From: an archaeon
Lineage (GTDB): Archaea > Nanobdellota > Nanobdellia > Pacearchaeales > GW2011-AR1
DNA length: 31,140 nt
NCBI GenBank assembly: GCA_043815105.1
Contig: JBDRJI010000030.1
Coordinates: 1-31,140, forward strand
Direction: 5' to 3'
Positions 7,715 through 16,203 of this stretch are shown in pieces (position 1 is the stretch's first letter; the number at the start of each line of letters is the position of its first letter). Made by a program: the position numbers and the translations under genes. Below the pieces are notes generated by a model. That model had not been told where the DNA came from, searched no databases, and saw only the letters and a list, made by a program, of their open reading frames with translations.

Positions 7715-7993
7715 ATGAAATTAAATATAAAGGTTGCCGACCCTGTCTGCGTTAGCAGATGCCATCTGGGCAGGAGGTACACTCTTGAGTGCCGGCCAAA
7801 TTCCGGAAGACAAGAAATACAGCAATCTATCGACGGTAGCATATCTAAAGTTTTTTTGAAAAGTCAACCCAAGGACAATAAGGCTAACGAGGAACTAGTC
7901 AAGTTTCTGAAAAAACATTTCAAAAAAGAGGTAAAGATTATAAAGGGTTTTACATCTAAAAGAAAATTAATAGAGGTAAAAGATGGCAATTAA
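7715..7993 (+). CDS. DUF167 (YggU-like) protein with ~19-aa N-terminal insertion
   Basis: IKV..PNSG, PKDNKANEELVKFL and IIKGFTSKRK are DUF167-like. Extra segment (A)DPVCVSRCHLGRRYTLECR. Confidence 0.85.
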   Translation: MKLNIKVADPVCVSRCHLGRRYTLECRPNSGRQEIQQSIDGSISKVFLKSQPKDNKANEELVKFLKKHFKKEVKIIKGFTSKRKLIEVKDGN

Positions 7994-8390
7994 ATATTAT
8001 CAGGCTACTGACATTCAGCAAATCGCCGAAGAGGTTGTAAATAAACTTAGTTGGAATCACGTACTCCTCGAACATGTTGCCTTTCTTAGAAGCACTGGAT
8101 CAAAAGCTCGACGAACAATCGCAAGATGTCACGCCCTCGGCAAAGCAATGCAAATCGGAATGGGCCGTAAAAAAGGATTTTATCTCGTCGAAGTTATTTC
8201 TGAAAAATTCGACAGACTTTCCGACGACGAACAACTAAAAGTCATCATTCACGAACTCATGCATATTCCAAAATCATTTGGCGGGGGATTCATTCATCAC
8301 AACAAAGTTCACACAGCTTCGGTAGATAAAGTATATGATTGCTACTGTGAATTGAAAAAACCGCTAAAGGAAACAATAGAATGGCATTAA
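7983..8390 (+). CDS. Putative Zn-metallopeptidase-like protein (HExxH)
   Basis: RSTGSKARRTIARC, EVISEKFDRL and VIIHELMHIP. Confidence 0.75.
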   Translation: MAIKYYQATDIQQIAEEVVNKLSWNHVLLEHVAFLRSTGSKARRTIARCHALGKAMQIGMGRKKGFYLVEVISEKFDRLSDDEQLKVIIHELMHIPKSFGGGFIHHNKVHTASVDKVYDCYCELKKPLKETIEWH

Positions 8391-8731
8391 AAACAATAAG
8401 TTACCTCATAGACGGCAAAAAGAAAAGAATCAAAGTAAAACTCTGTATCACAATATTAGAAAAAGCGACAGGGCTAATATTTAAAAAAAATTCTCCACCA
8501 CTTCTTTTTATCTTTAATAAAAATAAAAATATTCCAATCCATTCCTTCTTTTGCAAGCCATTCAGAGCAATCTGGCTCGACGAAAAAATGTGTGCAACAA
8601 AAATCGTCGACGTGAAAAACTGGAAATTAAACATTTCAGGCAAGGGAAAGTTTTTATTAGAGATTCCTGAATCACTCAAAAATAACAAATTATCGTCGAT
8701 AAACGATATTGTCGACAATAGAAACATTTAA
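8381..8731 (+). CDS. DUF192 family protein
   Basis: GLIF, LLFIF, IHSFFCKPFRAIWLD and LLEIP follow the DUF192 pattern. Confidence 0.75.
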   Translation: MALKTISYLIDGKKKRIKVKLCITILEKATGLIFKKNSPPLLFIFNKNKNIPIHSFFCKPFRAIWLDEKMCATKIVDVKNWKLNISGKGKFLLEIPESLKNNKLSSINDIVDNRNI

Positions 8732-8791
8732 ATAGAAAAGTGAGTTAAAAAAATTAGAACTTATAAAAGAGGTAAAAAGGAGGTTAAAAAA

Positions 8792-8974
8792 ATGGGAAAA
8801 ATTATCGCTAAAAATATTGTTGAACGAAAATCTGGATTTCTATATTATGTAGACGGAAAGGGAAACGTTTGCGAGGCTAAGATGGCACGAGGTGGCAAGA
8901 AGAAGAAAGTTACTAAGAAAGTAGTTAAGAAAAAAGTCACTAAGAAGAAAGTCGTCAAAAAGAAGAAAAAGTAA
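8792..8974 (+). CDS. Small basic protein with Lys-rich repetitive tail
   Basis: Strong SD (AGGAGGT) before the ATG; LYYVDGKGNV..AKMARGG core, then KKVTKKVVKKKVTKKKVVKKKKK. Confidence 0.85.
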   Translation: MGKIIAKNIVERKSGFLYYVDGKGNVCEAKMARGGKKKKVTKKVVKKKVTKKKVVKKKKK

Positions 8975-9018
8975 ACCTTTTTAATGTTATTATTTTTTAA
9001 TTTAATCATATTCAATGG

Positions 9019-9046
9019 ATCTCCCTTATTAGGGAGTTTGGGAGAT
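9019..9046. terminator. Hairpin between convergent genes, possible terminator
   Basis: ATCTCCC (9019-9025) / GGGAGAT (9040-9046), flanked by T-rich tracts. Confidence 0.4.
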
Positions 9047-9056
9047 TCATTATTTT

Positions 9057-9554
9057 TTATAAGTTTTCAGAATTCTTATTTTCCCAATTTTCAATCGCTT
9101 TCTTTAAAGTATCCGCGGCCAAATTAGAACAGTGTATTTTTATTGGGGGCAACTCGCCCAGTGCTTTTGCAACGTCGACATTTGTAATCTTCTTCGCCTC
9201 ATCTAGAGTTTTCCCCTTCGCCATCTCCGTAGCCATTGAGCTTGTAGCAATCGCCGCGGCACATCCCATCGTCTGGAATTTTATATCGGAGATTATAAAA
9301 TTCTCTTTCTGCGAAACTCCCACGTTTCGCCTATCTAAGTTTTCTGATTCCAGGGAACCTCTTTTTCTAAAAGAGGGAGCCTTCTTGATATCTTTAATTC
9401 TATTCCCCTCAATCTTTAACATCATTTTCATCACATCGCCACAACTCGGATTTCCAACTGTAGCTTCGGCGTCGGGATTTTCCATTTCGCCCATATTTCT
9501 CGGATTCCGAAAATGATCTAATACTGTTTTATTGTAATTTGTATTATCTGCCAT
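9057..9554 (-). CDS. iscU: Fe-S cluster scaffold IscU/NifU with ~35-aa insertion
   Basis: DHFRNPRN, GNPSCGD, FQTMGCAAAIA and KIHCSNLA give the three Cys ligands. Confidence 0.95.
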   Translation of the reverse strand: MADNTNYNKTVLDHFRNPRNMGEMENPDAEATVGNPSCGDVMKMMLKIEGNRIKDIKKAPSFRKRGSLESENLDRRNVGVSQKENFIISDIKFQTMGCAAAIATSSMATEMAKGKTLDEAKKITNVDVAKALGELPPIKIHCSNLAADTLKKAIENWENKNSENL

Positions 9555-9757
9555 TATTTCTTATTTCCAGAATTTAATTCTTTAATAAGTTCGTCAACAT
9601 CAACACCATGTGCCTTCGCCCCATTCTCAATTGTCTCCATCTGTGCCATCGGACAACATCCACAAAACAAACCTCGGTCAGCCAATTTTTCAGCCGCATT
9701 CTTATTTGTCTTTATCAGTTCAGCAAAAGTCATATCTTTAGTTATTTCTTTTCCTAT
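9554..9757 (-). CDS. DUF1858 domain protein (not in ORF track)
   Basis: Manual translation: (I)GKEITKDMTFAELI...GLFCGCCPMAQMETIENGAKAHGVDVDELIKELN. The stop overlaps the iscU ATG (TAATG). First ATG is at 9733; an in-frame ATA at 9757 follows a strong SD. Confidence 0.85.
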   Translation of the reverse strand: MGKEITKDMTFAELIKTNKNAAEKLADRGLFCGCCPMAQMETIENGAKAHGVDVDELIKELNSGNKK

Positions 9758-10901
9758 TTTTTACCTCCTCTAAATTTATTTTAAACGGACTAATCTCTCT
9801 CAATTTTTCAACACTCCCCCGAATTTTTTCAATAATATAATCTTCATTCCCAATAGCATCGCTACCCAGCGTTAACCTCAAACTTCCGTGTATATACAAA
9901 TCGTCAATATTCAACGCCTTTAAAACATAACTTTCAGCCAGCTTCGTAGACGCACAAGCCGAACCGGTGGAAACATAAATTCCTTCCCTGTCTAACATTA
10001 ACATTAAACTCTCTCCCTCAATTCCATAAAATGAAACATTAATATTGTGATAAACTCGATTGTTCAACGACCCGTTGATTTGAGTTTTCGGAATTTTCAA
10101 AAGTCCCTCAATAATTTTGTCTCGACTTTCCCTAATCTCTTTTTCTTTATTGTCAACATCCAAAGCCGTAGCCAAACCAATAATTCCAGGAACATTTTCT
10201 GTTCCACTTCGAAGATTACCTTCCTGTCCACCCCCCGTTATAATTGCAGAAATTTTTGTTCCTTTTTTAATATACAAAAACCCAATTCCCTTCGGCGCAT
10301 GAATCTTATGCCCCGAGACAGAAAACAAATCAATACTCTCCAAATCTAAATCCACTTTAGCAAATCCCTGAACGGCATCGGTATGAAAATAAACTCCTGC
10401 CTTTTTACAAATTTTCCCAATTTCTCCAACGGGTTGAATAGTCCCAATTTCATTATTGACTTGCATTATCGAAACAACCAAAGTATCTTTAGAAATTAAT
10501 TTTTCGATTTCTCCGACGTCGACAATTCCTTCTGAGTTAATCCCAACATAATCAATCTTATACCCAGATTTTTCCAAATCTTTACAGGTTTCCAAAATTG
10601 ACGGATGCTCAATCACCGAAGTAATAATATGTTTTCTATCTGGATTCGCCTTAGCTAAACCTCTTATCGCCAAATTATTAGACTCTGTCCCGCCCGAGGT
10701 GAATACTATCTCAGATGCTTCCGCGCCAACAAACCTAGCAATTTTCTCACGAGCTTCATTTAGTTCTTTTCTAACTTCTCTTCCAGGCGAATGTTGCGAC
10801 GAGGCATTCCCATATTTATCGACAAAAAACTCCTGAACTTTTTTCGCCACTTCGGAATCAACTTTCGTTGTCGCTGCATTATCTAAATAAATTTCCATCA
10901 A
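9738..10901 (-). CDS. iscS: Cysteine desulfurase IscS/NifS
   Basis: YLDNAATT, FTSGGTESNN, HTDAVQ, SGHKIHAPKGIG (PLP Lys) and STGSAC (catalytic Cys). Confidence 0.97.
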   Translation of the reverse strand: MMEIYLDNAATTKVDSEVAKKVQEFFVDKYGNASSQHSPGREVRKELNEAREKIARFVGAEASEIVFTSGGTESNNLAIRGLAKANPDRKHIITSVIEHPSILETCKDLEKSGYKIDYVGINSEGIVDVGEIEKLISKDTLVVSIMQVNNEIGTIQPVGEIGKICKKAGVYFHTDAVQGFAKVDLDLESIDLFSVSGHKIHAPKGIGFLYIKKGTKISAIITGGGQEGNLRSGTENVPGIIGLATALDVDNKEKEIRESRDKIIEGLLKIPKTQINGSLNNRVYHNINVSFYGIEGESLMLMLDREGIYVSTGSACASTKLAESYVLKALNIDDLYIHGSLRLTLGSDAIGNEDYIIEKIRGSVEKLREISPFKINLEEVKNRKRNN

Positions 10902-11263
10902 TACTTCGGTTCACAATTACAATAACCGAGAACCTCCTTGTTATATTTCTTACAAACATTGCAAGAACATTTGCTATCTTTCATAAATTTCAAAATTCTC
11001 TGAATCTCACCTAATGCCAACTTAGGATTCTTTACAATCACCTTTGCCGACTGGGCAACTTCTTTCTTTGTGTCTGAATTTAATTTAATTTTATTGGCTC
11101 TCTTATTCGATAAATACTGCGAAACCGCCGCCTTACTAATTCCCAAAATCGCTCCCGCCTTCTCATAACTCAATTCATATTTCCCAGTCAACAGCTTCGC
11201 TAATTCTTTTCTAACTGCCGGGATAATATACCAAACTTCGATTTCCTGAGGTAGCAAATACAT
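10898..11263 (-). CDS. Archaeal HTH transcriptional regulator with Cys-rich C-terminus
   Basis: LPQEIEVWYIIPAVRKELA, LGISKAAVSQY helix-turn-helix, C-terminal CSCNVC..YCNC. Start taken at MYLLP. Confidence 0.85.
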   Translation of the reverse strand: MYLLPQEIEVWYIIPAVRKELAKLLTGKYELSYEKAGAILGISKAAVSQYLSNKRANKIKLNSDTKKEVAQSAKVIVKNPKLALGEIQRILKFMKDSKCSCNVCKKYNKEVLGYCNCEPKY

Positions 11264-11314
11264 GTTAACTATAGTTAACATTGGTTTATAAATTTTGCGG
11301 AAAATAATGAATCC

Positions 11315-11500
11315 CTACTTAACGCTAATCGCATCGACCGGGCATCCAGCTTCAGCTTCCTTTTCGCAAGTCAACTTTTCTACCTCGCCTTTAACAGCGT
11401 GAGCTTTCCCGTCTTTCATGTCAAAAGAATTCGGGCATGTTGCAGCACAAGCCCCGCATCCGATACACTTACTTTTGTCCACTGATATTTTGTGTGTCAT
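11315..11500 (-). CDS. Ferredoxin (single cluster)
   Basis: CIGCGACAATCP ... GCPVDAI. Confidence 0.93.
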   Translation of the reverse strand: MTHKISVDKSKCIGCGACAATCPNSFDMKDGKAHAVKGEVEKLTCEKEAEAGCPVDAISVK

Positions 11501-11681
11501 TTAAATTATCATCCCCCGATTTATCATTAGAATCATTAATCTTGAAATACTCATTTTCAACCTGTTCGCCGACGACCACCGAACCCGTAATTACATTTCC
11601 TGTCATATTTGAAAAAAACATAAGTCCCAGAAGCACAACAACTAAAATGCCAATACCGATTGCAATATTGCGATTAATCAT
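11469..11681 (-). CDS. Small single-pass membrane protein
   Basis: N-terminal hydrophobic helix followed by MTGNVITG. Overlaps the ferredoxin start. Confidence 0.65.
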   Translation of the reverse strand: MINRNIAIGIGILVVVLLGLMFFSNMTGNVITGSVVVGEQVENEYFKINDSNDKSGDDNLNDTQNISGQK

Positions 11682-11731
11682 GCTTAAGAGAGTTTGCTAA
11701 TATTTATAAACTTAATTAAATTCAAATAAAT

Positions 11732-12289
11732 ATGATAAGTGCGCAAATTTGGGTGATGATTGTAGCAGCTGTAGTTCTCGTCGCGGTATTCTTTCTTTAC
11801 TATAATCGTTTTGTCCGGTTATCACATCAAATCGACAATTCTCTTGCGCAAATTGACGTTCAACTAAGAAAGCGTTCAGATTTAATACCTAACTTATTAG
11901 CTGCGGTGAAAGGTTATATGAAACACGAAAAGAAAATAATAACAGAAATTACAAACGCAAGAAAAGCGTTGCTGTCGGCAAAAACAATGGACAAAAAAAT
12001 GAAAGCTGGAAACCAAATGCAAGAAGCGCTTAAATCAATTTTTGCAATCGCAGAAGGCTATCCAGATTTAAAAGCCAACACAAATTTTTTACAATTACAG
12101 CAAGAGTTATCCGCGATAGAAGATAAGGTAGCATACGCAAGGCAATATTATAACGACGGAATTATGTCTTACAATGTTATGACGAATGTAGTTCCAGGCA
12201 AATGGTTCGCAGCAATGTACGGATTTAAAAATAGAGAATATCTAAAAATCCCAGAAGCAACGAGAGTAGTTCCGAAGGTTGAATTCTAA
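11732..12289 (+). CDS. lemA: LemA family protein
   Basis: N-terminal TM, QIDVQLRKRSDLIPNL, EGYPDLKANTNF, ARQYYND. Confidence 0.95.
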   Translation: MISAQIWVMIVAAVVLVAVFFLYYNRFVRLSHQIDNSLAQIDVQLRKRSDLIPNLLAAVKGYMKHEKKIITEITNARKALLSAKTMDKKMKAGNQMQEALKSIFAIAEGYPDLKANTNFLQLQQELSAIEDKVAYARQYYNDGIMSYNVMTNVVPGKWFAAMYGFKNREYLKIPEATRVVPKVEF

Positions 12290-12585
12290 GATTTATTTGG
12301 GATGTTACATCGACCTTTAGCAAAAATATATTTTTCAGATGAGACAGGACAAGATGACCTTTTTCCACCCTGTAATATCTGAGTTCTTACAGACACGGTA
12401 GAATAACATTTTTTGCACAAATCTCCAATATACGAATCAATTAACTCTTCTTCTAAAAAAGATTCTTTACATTTATCGCAATAAACTCCTATAGAAAGTT
12501 CTTTTCTCCATAATTCATCGTCATAGATAGTTAGGCCATCGCCTTTATCATTATCATCTATTCCATACAGTTCAGCCCATTCCAT
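12286..12585 (-). CDS. Hypothetical protein with two CxxC motifs
   Basis: YCDKC and LCKKC. TATA-like TTTATAAA about 22 nt upstream on the minus strand. Confidence 0.65.
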   Translation of the reverse strand: MEWAELYGIDDNDKGDGLTIYDDELWRKELSIGVYCDKCKESFLEEELIDSYIGDLCKKCYSTVSVRTQILQGGKRSSCPVSSEKYIFAKGRCNIPNKS

Positions 12586-12712
12586 TAAAATATTTATAAA
12601 ATTAATTTTATAAATCTTTCTATGATTACCATTATAAAATTACACCATAAATTCATATCATTAGCTTACACTCCCCCGCTAAATATAAAAACCCAAATCA
12701 CTTCCTATCAAA

Positions 12713-13600
12713 ATGCAAAGACTTTCATTTCACGAAGAAATACGGAAAAATAAACGAAACTCCTACCTCCTAATCGGAATCGTTCTCGCAATCCTCCTAG
12801 CTCTGGTTTACACAATCGGACTCGTCGTTGGCGGCGACCTATTTTTCATAATCCTAATCGTCGGAACAATCATCTCAATTGTATACGTCGTCGGTGGTTA
12901 CTATAAATCGGCTGACCTCGCGATAGCATCTGTAAATGCAAAGAAGGCAACTGGCACGGAATATCGACAATACCATAATATTGTAGAGGGATTATGTCTC
13001 GCTTCAGGATTGCCAAAACCAAAACTCTACATTATGAAAAACCAACAAATCAATGCTTTTGCTTCGGGACGTGATCCACAACACGCCGTAATCTGCATAA
13101 CAACTGGAATGCTGGATAAATTGACAAAGCAAGAAATAGAAGGCGTCCTCGCACACGAGCTATCACATGTCGCAAATTATGATATTCGTTTTATGACTTT
13201 GACTGCAGTTCTCGTCGGCATGATTGCAATTATTTCTCAAATATTTTTACGAAGTTTATTTTGGTCTGCAATAGCTGGGGGAGGAAGTGATAGAAATAAT
13301 AACAATGCAATTTTAATGGTAATCGGAATCGTTCTCGCAATTCTTGCTCCGATAGTTGTCGCCTTGGTTCAACTCGCGATATCAAGAAAACGAGAGTACG
13401 CCGCCGACTCTTCCGCCGTTAAATTCATGAGAACCCCCACCGGACTAATCGGGGCACTGAAAAAAATCCAATTCAATACGCCGATGAAAGTTTCGGGGGC
13501 GGTGGCACCTTTGTTTCTTGCAAAACCTACGAAAGAAAAAGAATGGTTCCAAACTCATCCACCGTTGAACAAAAGGATTAATAGATTGGAAAGGATGTGA
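12713..13600 (+). CDS. htpX: Zinc metalloprotease HtpX (M48)
   Basis: INAFASG, AHELSH, SRKREYAADS, THPPL..RI. Confidence 0.95.
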   Translation: MQRLSFHEEIRKNKRNSYLLIGIVLAILLALVYTIGLVVGGDLFFIILIVGTIISIVYVVGGYYKSADLAIASVNAKKATGTEYRQYHNIVEGLCLASGLPKPKLYIMKNQQINAFASGRDPQHAVICITTGMLDKLTKQEIEGVLAHELSHVANYDIRFMTLTAVLVGMIAIISQIFLRSLFWSAIAGGGSDRNNNNAILMVIGIVLAILAPIVVALVQLAISRKREYAADSSAVKFMRTPTGLIGALKKIQFNTPMKVSGAVAPLFLAKPTKEKEWFQTHPPLNKRINRLERM

Positions 13601-13604
13601 AAAC

Positions 13605-13949
13605 TCAAGATAGGTACTCATTAAAATGCGCTTTATATCGTGAATATTCTTGCTTCAAGTCCGATAGTGGCACCCTCAAGAAAGGATTAACATTTCCCAT
13701 AAATCTACTTTTTCTATAAGCTGAAGACAGGCTATTGTTTAAATCATCCTGATCTATCGAAACAATATCTTGTGACTTGCATCTAACGACAGTAAACCCT
13801 TCACTATCAAGGTGCATTATATGGGGTCTGCCACAAAAGGTATCATCTCCGTATATTAAATGACCTTTAATTTCGCGCTTATTACCAAATTCATTAATTA
13901 TACAGCTATTAACAACCATGCAAATTGTTCCATTTTTCATTTTCGCCAT
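13605..13949 (-). CDS. Hypothetical protein
   Basis: 114-aa ORF directly downstream of trxB on the same strand; no recognisable motif. Confidence 0.6.
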   Translation of the reverse strand: MAKMKNGTICMVVNSCIINEFGNKREIKGHLIYGDDTFCGRPHIMHLDSEGFTVVRCKSQDIVSIDQDDLNNSLSSAYRKSRFMGNVNPFLRVPLSDLKQEYSRYKAHFNEYLS

Positions 13950-13971
13950 ATTGTTGTTATTACTTTAAAGT

Positions 13972-14964
13972 TTATAAATCTTTTGGGAATAACTTCCCCA
14001 TCAAAAATTCATAAGCTGTTTTCGCCGCTACTGATCCGTCTCCCGCCGCCGTTATTATTTGTTTAAACGGATTATTTACCACATCTCCTGCCGCAAACAA
14101 ACCAGCTATCGAAGTCCGCCCCTCTCTATCAACCTTGATATGCCCATTTTCTAATTCAACTCCAAGCTCATTAAAAATCTCGGTAACCGGTGTCGCCCCA
14201 ATCTCGATAAAAACCCCATCAACCTCAATCAAATCTTTTCCTATCTTTTCTTCAGTTGAAGATTTTAATTTCAAACCACTAACTTTAATATCACCTATAA
14301 TTTCAACGGGCCTACTGTTATAAATAATTTCTATATTACCTAGGGACTCAACTTTCTGTAAATTAATAGCGTCGCATCTCATTTTTTCTTTTCTGTAGCT
14401 AATATAAACTTTCTTGCAAATATCCGAGAGATAAATCGCCGCCTTCGCTGCAGAGTCGCAACCGCCAATCACCGCAACAGTTTTTCCTCTAAAAAAATTC
14501 CCGTCACAAGTCGCACAATAAGAAACTCCTTTTCCTAAAAATTTCTTCTCCCCAGGAATTTCTAATTTCCGATGTTCAGATCCAAGCCCACTAATAACCG
14601 AACGTCCGAAAAATTCTTTACCCGATGAAGACGGTACACCAGTGCCCATTTTAGAGGGTATGCCGTGTACGGCGGAGCCGACACTGACGTGAAATTCATT
14701 ATCAGTTTTTTCAATCTTATCAATGTTGCCAAGTTCAAATATCGCTCCGAATGATTTTGCCTGCTCTTCAAATTTTTTCATCAAATCGGTTCCAGTTCCT
14801 GTAAACCCAGGATAGTTCTCAACTTCTCCTGCAAGATTCGCCGTTCCCCCGATTGCGTTTCCAATAACCAGAGTTTTCATTCCGTATCGCCCCGCATAAA
14901 TCGCCGCAGCCATCCCAGCCGGACCGGTTCCCAAGATAATCAAATCATAAATTTCTTTAGCCAT
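13972..14964 (-). CDS. trxB: Thioredoxin reductase (NAD(P)/FAD-dependent)
   Basis: GTGPAG, GVSYCATCDG, IGGCDSA, FAAGD. Confidence 0.95.
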   Translation of the reverse strand: MAKEIYDLIILGTGPAGMAAAIYAGRYGMKTLVIGNAIGGTANLAGEVENYPGFTGTGTDLMKKFEEQAKSFGAIFELGNIDKIEKTDNEFHVSVGSAVHGIPSKMGTGVPSSSGKEFFGRSVISGLGSEHRKLEIPGEKKFLGKGVSYCATCDGNFFRGKTVAVIGGCDSAAKAAIYLSDICKKVYISYRKEKMRCDAINLQKVESLGNIEIIYNSRPVEIIGDIKVSGLKLKSSTEEKIGKDLIEVDGVFIEIGATPVTEIFNELGVELENGHIKVDREGRTSIAGLFAAGDVVNNPFKQIITAAGDGSVAAKTAYEFLMGKLFPKDL

Positions 14965-15050
14965 ATTAATTTAAAGAATAAAGAGTTTTTATATCTTCGG
15001 AAACTTTGTTAACTAGCAAACTTTAAATAACTCTTTTCTTAGAATTAACT

Positions 15051-16115
15051 ATGGATGTTAAGGAAAGGTTTGAGTTGATAAAAGAAGTAGGTGAGGAAAT
15101 TTTAGGAGAAGATGAATTAAAAGAACTCCTCAAAACGAAAAAGAAAATTATAGCTTATGATGGGTTTGAACCGTCGGGAAAGATACATATTGCGCAGGGA
15201 CTTCTTAGAACAATTAATGTAAATAAGTTAACCAGGGCGGGAATATATTTTAAATTTTGGGTAGCTGACTGGTTCGCATTAATGAACGATAAGCTTGATG
15301 GCGATTTGGAAAAAATTCAGATAGTTGGGGAATATTTTATTGAAGTCTGGAAGGCTTGCGGAATGGATTTAAAAAATGTGGAATTTATTTGGGCGGCAAA
15401 GAGTATGAATCAAGATTATTGGCTAAGCGTTTTAAAAATTGCGAGATTAAATTCGGTGAAAAGAGTAACTCGCTGTTCACAAATTATGGGACGATCCGAT
15501 AGTGCATCACTTTCTGCTGCTCAGATATTTTATCCGATAATGCAAACGGCTGATATTTTTTATCTGAATGCTGACATCGCACAACTTGGAATGGATCAGC
15601 GAAAAGTAAATGTTCTTGCGAGAGAAGTCGCTCCAAAAATTGGAAAGAAAAAGCCAATAGCAATTCATCATCATATGCTAATGGGTTTAACAAAACCCAA
15701 GGCTGAAGGATTAACGGGTGCCGATGCTGCAATAGCGAAAAAAATGTCAAAATCAGATCCTAATTCCGCAATCTTTATGACAGACACAACCGAGGAGATA
15801 AACCAGAAATTCAAAAAAGCATATTGTCCAGAAGGTGTTGCTGAAGACAACCCAGTTTTAGATTATTGTAAATATATTTTGTTTGAAAAGATTAAAGAAT
15901 TAAAAATAGAACGTCCAGAAAAGTTTGGAGGAGATGTTTCATTCAAAAATTATAAAGATTTAGAAAAAGCATTTGTGGCAAAGGAAATTCACCCAGTGGA
16001 TTTAAAATTAGCGACGGCAAAATATATGGACGAATTTCTTGAGCCGGTAAGGGAACATTTTCGGACAGACAAAAAAGCAAAGGAACTCTTAAAAAAAGTC
16101 AACTCATTTCTGTAA
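15051..16115 (+). CDS. tyrS: Tyrosyl-tRNA synthetase (archaeal type)
   Basis: YDGFEPSGKIHIAQ, YPIMQTAD, GMDQRK, KMSKS, HPVDLK. Confidence 0.95.
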   Translation: MDVKERFELIKEVGEEILGEDELKELLKTKKKIIAYDGFEPSGKIHIAQGLLRTINVNKLTRAGIYFKFWVADWFALMNDKLDGDLEKIQIVGEYFIEVWKACGMDLKNVEFIWAAKSMNQDYWLSVLKIARLNSVKRVTRCSQIMGRSDSASLSAAQIFYPIMQTADIFYLNADIAQLGMDQRKVNVLAREVAPKIGKKKPIAIHHHMLMGLTKPKAEGLTGADAAIAKKMSKSDPNSAIFMTDTTEEINQKFKKAYCPEGVAEDNPVLDYCKYILFEKIKELKIERPEKFGGDVSFKNYKDLEKAFVAKEIHPVDLKLATAKYMDEFLEPVREHFRTDKKAKELLKKVNSFL

Positions 16116-16203
16116 ACACCATCTGTAGTATCTGAAAATTATTACTAGTTCAAGGAAAAGGGTGGTATTGCCAAGGTGTTTAAATTAGTCGAGAATGTTG
16201 TTT

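Noticed and set aside
7735-7794. TGCCG direct repeat as target-site duplication of the DUF167 insert, or a BHB mRNA intron
   Set aside because: The repeat spacing is 55 nt, so removal would break the frame. The 57-nt registers I tried gave no proper 4-bp central helix with flanking helices.
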